A DNA stretch of 64,000 bases from positions 28,684 through 92,683 of IMG/VR virus record IMGVR_UViG_3300046328_001165; one strand, 5' to 3'. This DNA comes from a virus. The notes beneath the pieces are model-generated. The model was not told the DNA's origin. It ran no database searches and saw only the letters and a list, made by a program, of their open reading frames with translations. Positions 63,795 through 64,000 of the stretch are shown here, piece by piece. The position numbers and the translations under genes were made by a program. Position 1 is the first letter of the stretch. Every line of letters begins with the position of its first letter.

Positions 63795-64000
63795 TTACGC
63801 TACAATGTCAGCAGTAACTAGCTCTGTAGCTGTGCCATTCTTGGCTGTGCCATTCTTGGCTGTGCCATTCTTGGCTGTGCCATTCTTGGCTGTGCCATTC
63901 TTGGCTGTGCCATTCTTGGCTGTGCCATTCTTGGCTGTGCCATTCTTGGCTGTGCCATTCTTGGCTGTGCCATTCTTGGCTGTGCCATTCTTGGCTGTGC
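63795..64000 (-). CDS. Partial CDS ending (AKNGT)n-ATELVTADIVA*
   Basis: Open minus frame through the repeat to TAA at 63795, immediately followed by a terminator hairpin. Confidence 0.4.
   Translation of the reverse strand, partial: TAKNGTAKNGTAKNGTAKNGTAKNGTAKNGTAKNGTAKNGTAKNGTAKNGTAKNGTATELVTADIVA
63829..64000. repeat. Perfect 15-bp tandem repeat GCTGTGCCATTCTTG, at least 11.5 copies
   Basis: Directly visible; continues past the window edge. Confidence 0.95.

Larger units (their letters stand above)
1..64000. mobile_element. Segment of a cyanobacterial tailed phage/prophage (possibly phage-plasmid); extends beyond both edges
   Basis: Head-to-tail gene module on + strand, convergent array of small early-type genes on - strand, ParB-like and XRE genes, abundant HIP1 GCGATCGC; no host housekeeping genes. 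Confidence 0.9.

Noticed and set aside
63829-64000. CRISPR array
   Set aside because: Contiguous 15-bp units with no spacers; no cas genes
1-64000. tRNA, rRNA, integrase, transposase, terminase, portal
   Set aside because: No recognisable signatures seen in this window

Overview
This window looks like part of a tailed phage genome (prophage or phage-plasmid) of a HIP1-bearing cyanobacterium. The octamer GCGATCGC recurs many dozens of times, while GGCC and CCGG are nearly absent by eye. Left end: a minus-strand ParB-like gene (partial), a HicB-like gene and an XRE regulator, divergent from a ~35 kb plus-strand virion arm. That arm encodes a DUF2213 protease/scaffold, a decoration protein, a DUF2184 major capsid, a DUF4054 adaptor, a 2923-aa tape measure, and tail/baseplate/fibre proteins. 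A perfect 25-bp inverted repeat at 36410-36460 separates it from a convergent ~27 kb minus-strand arm of ~65 small genes. That arm includes ArdA, a DUF1419-like gene, acidic proteins, tandem paralog families and several pseudogenes, and ends in a GATC-dense gene, related CGATCG-core hairpins and a perfect 15-bp tandem repeat. The most unusual element is a 7.5 kb cassette (7593-15095) between the head and tape-measure genes. It encodes modular proteins built from an R/K-x-D motif, then a Cys4 motif or a VKVPAQNGRKAYSY motif, then a Gly/Ala hydrophobic helix, then a variable cargo (duplicated pseudo-hydrolase with Rho_N-like domain, or GNAT-like). The same R-x-D motif punctuates the DUF2213 scaffold, suggesting a protease-processed, head-packaged effector system. 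All family calls come from motif recognition only; no database searches were run.
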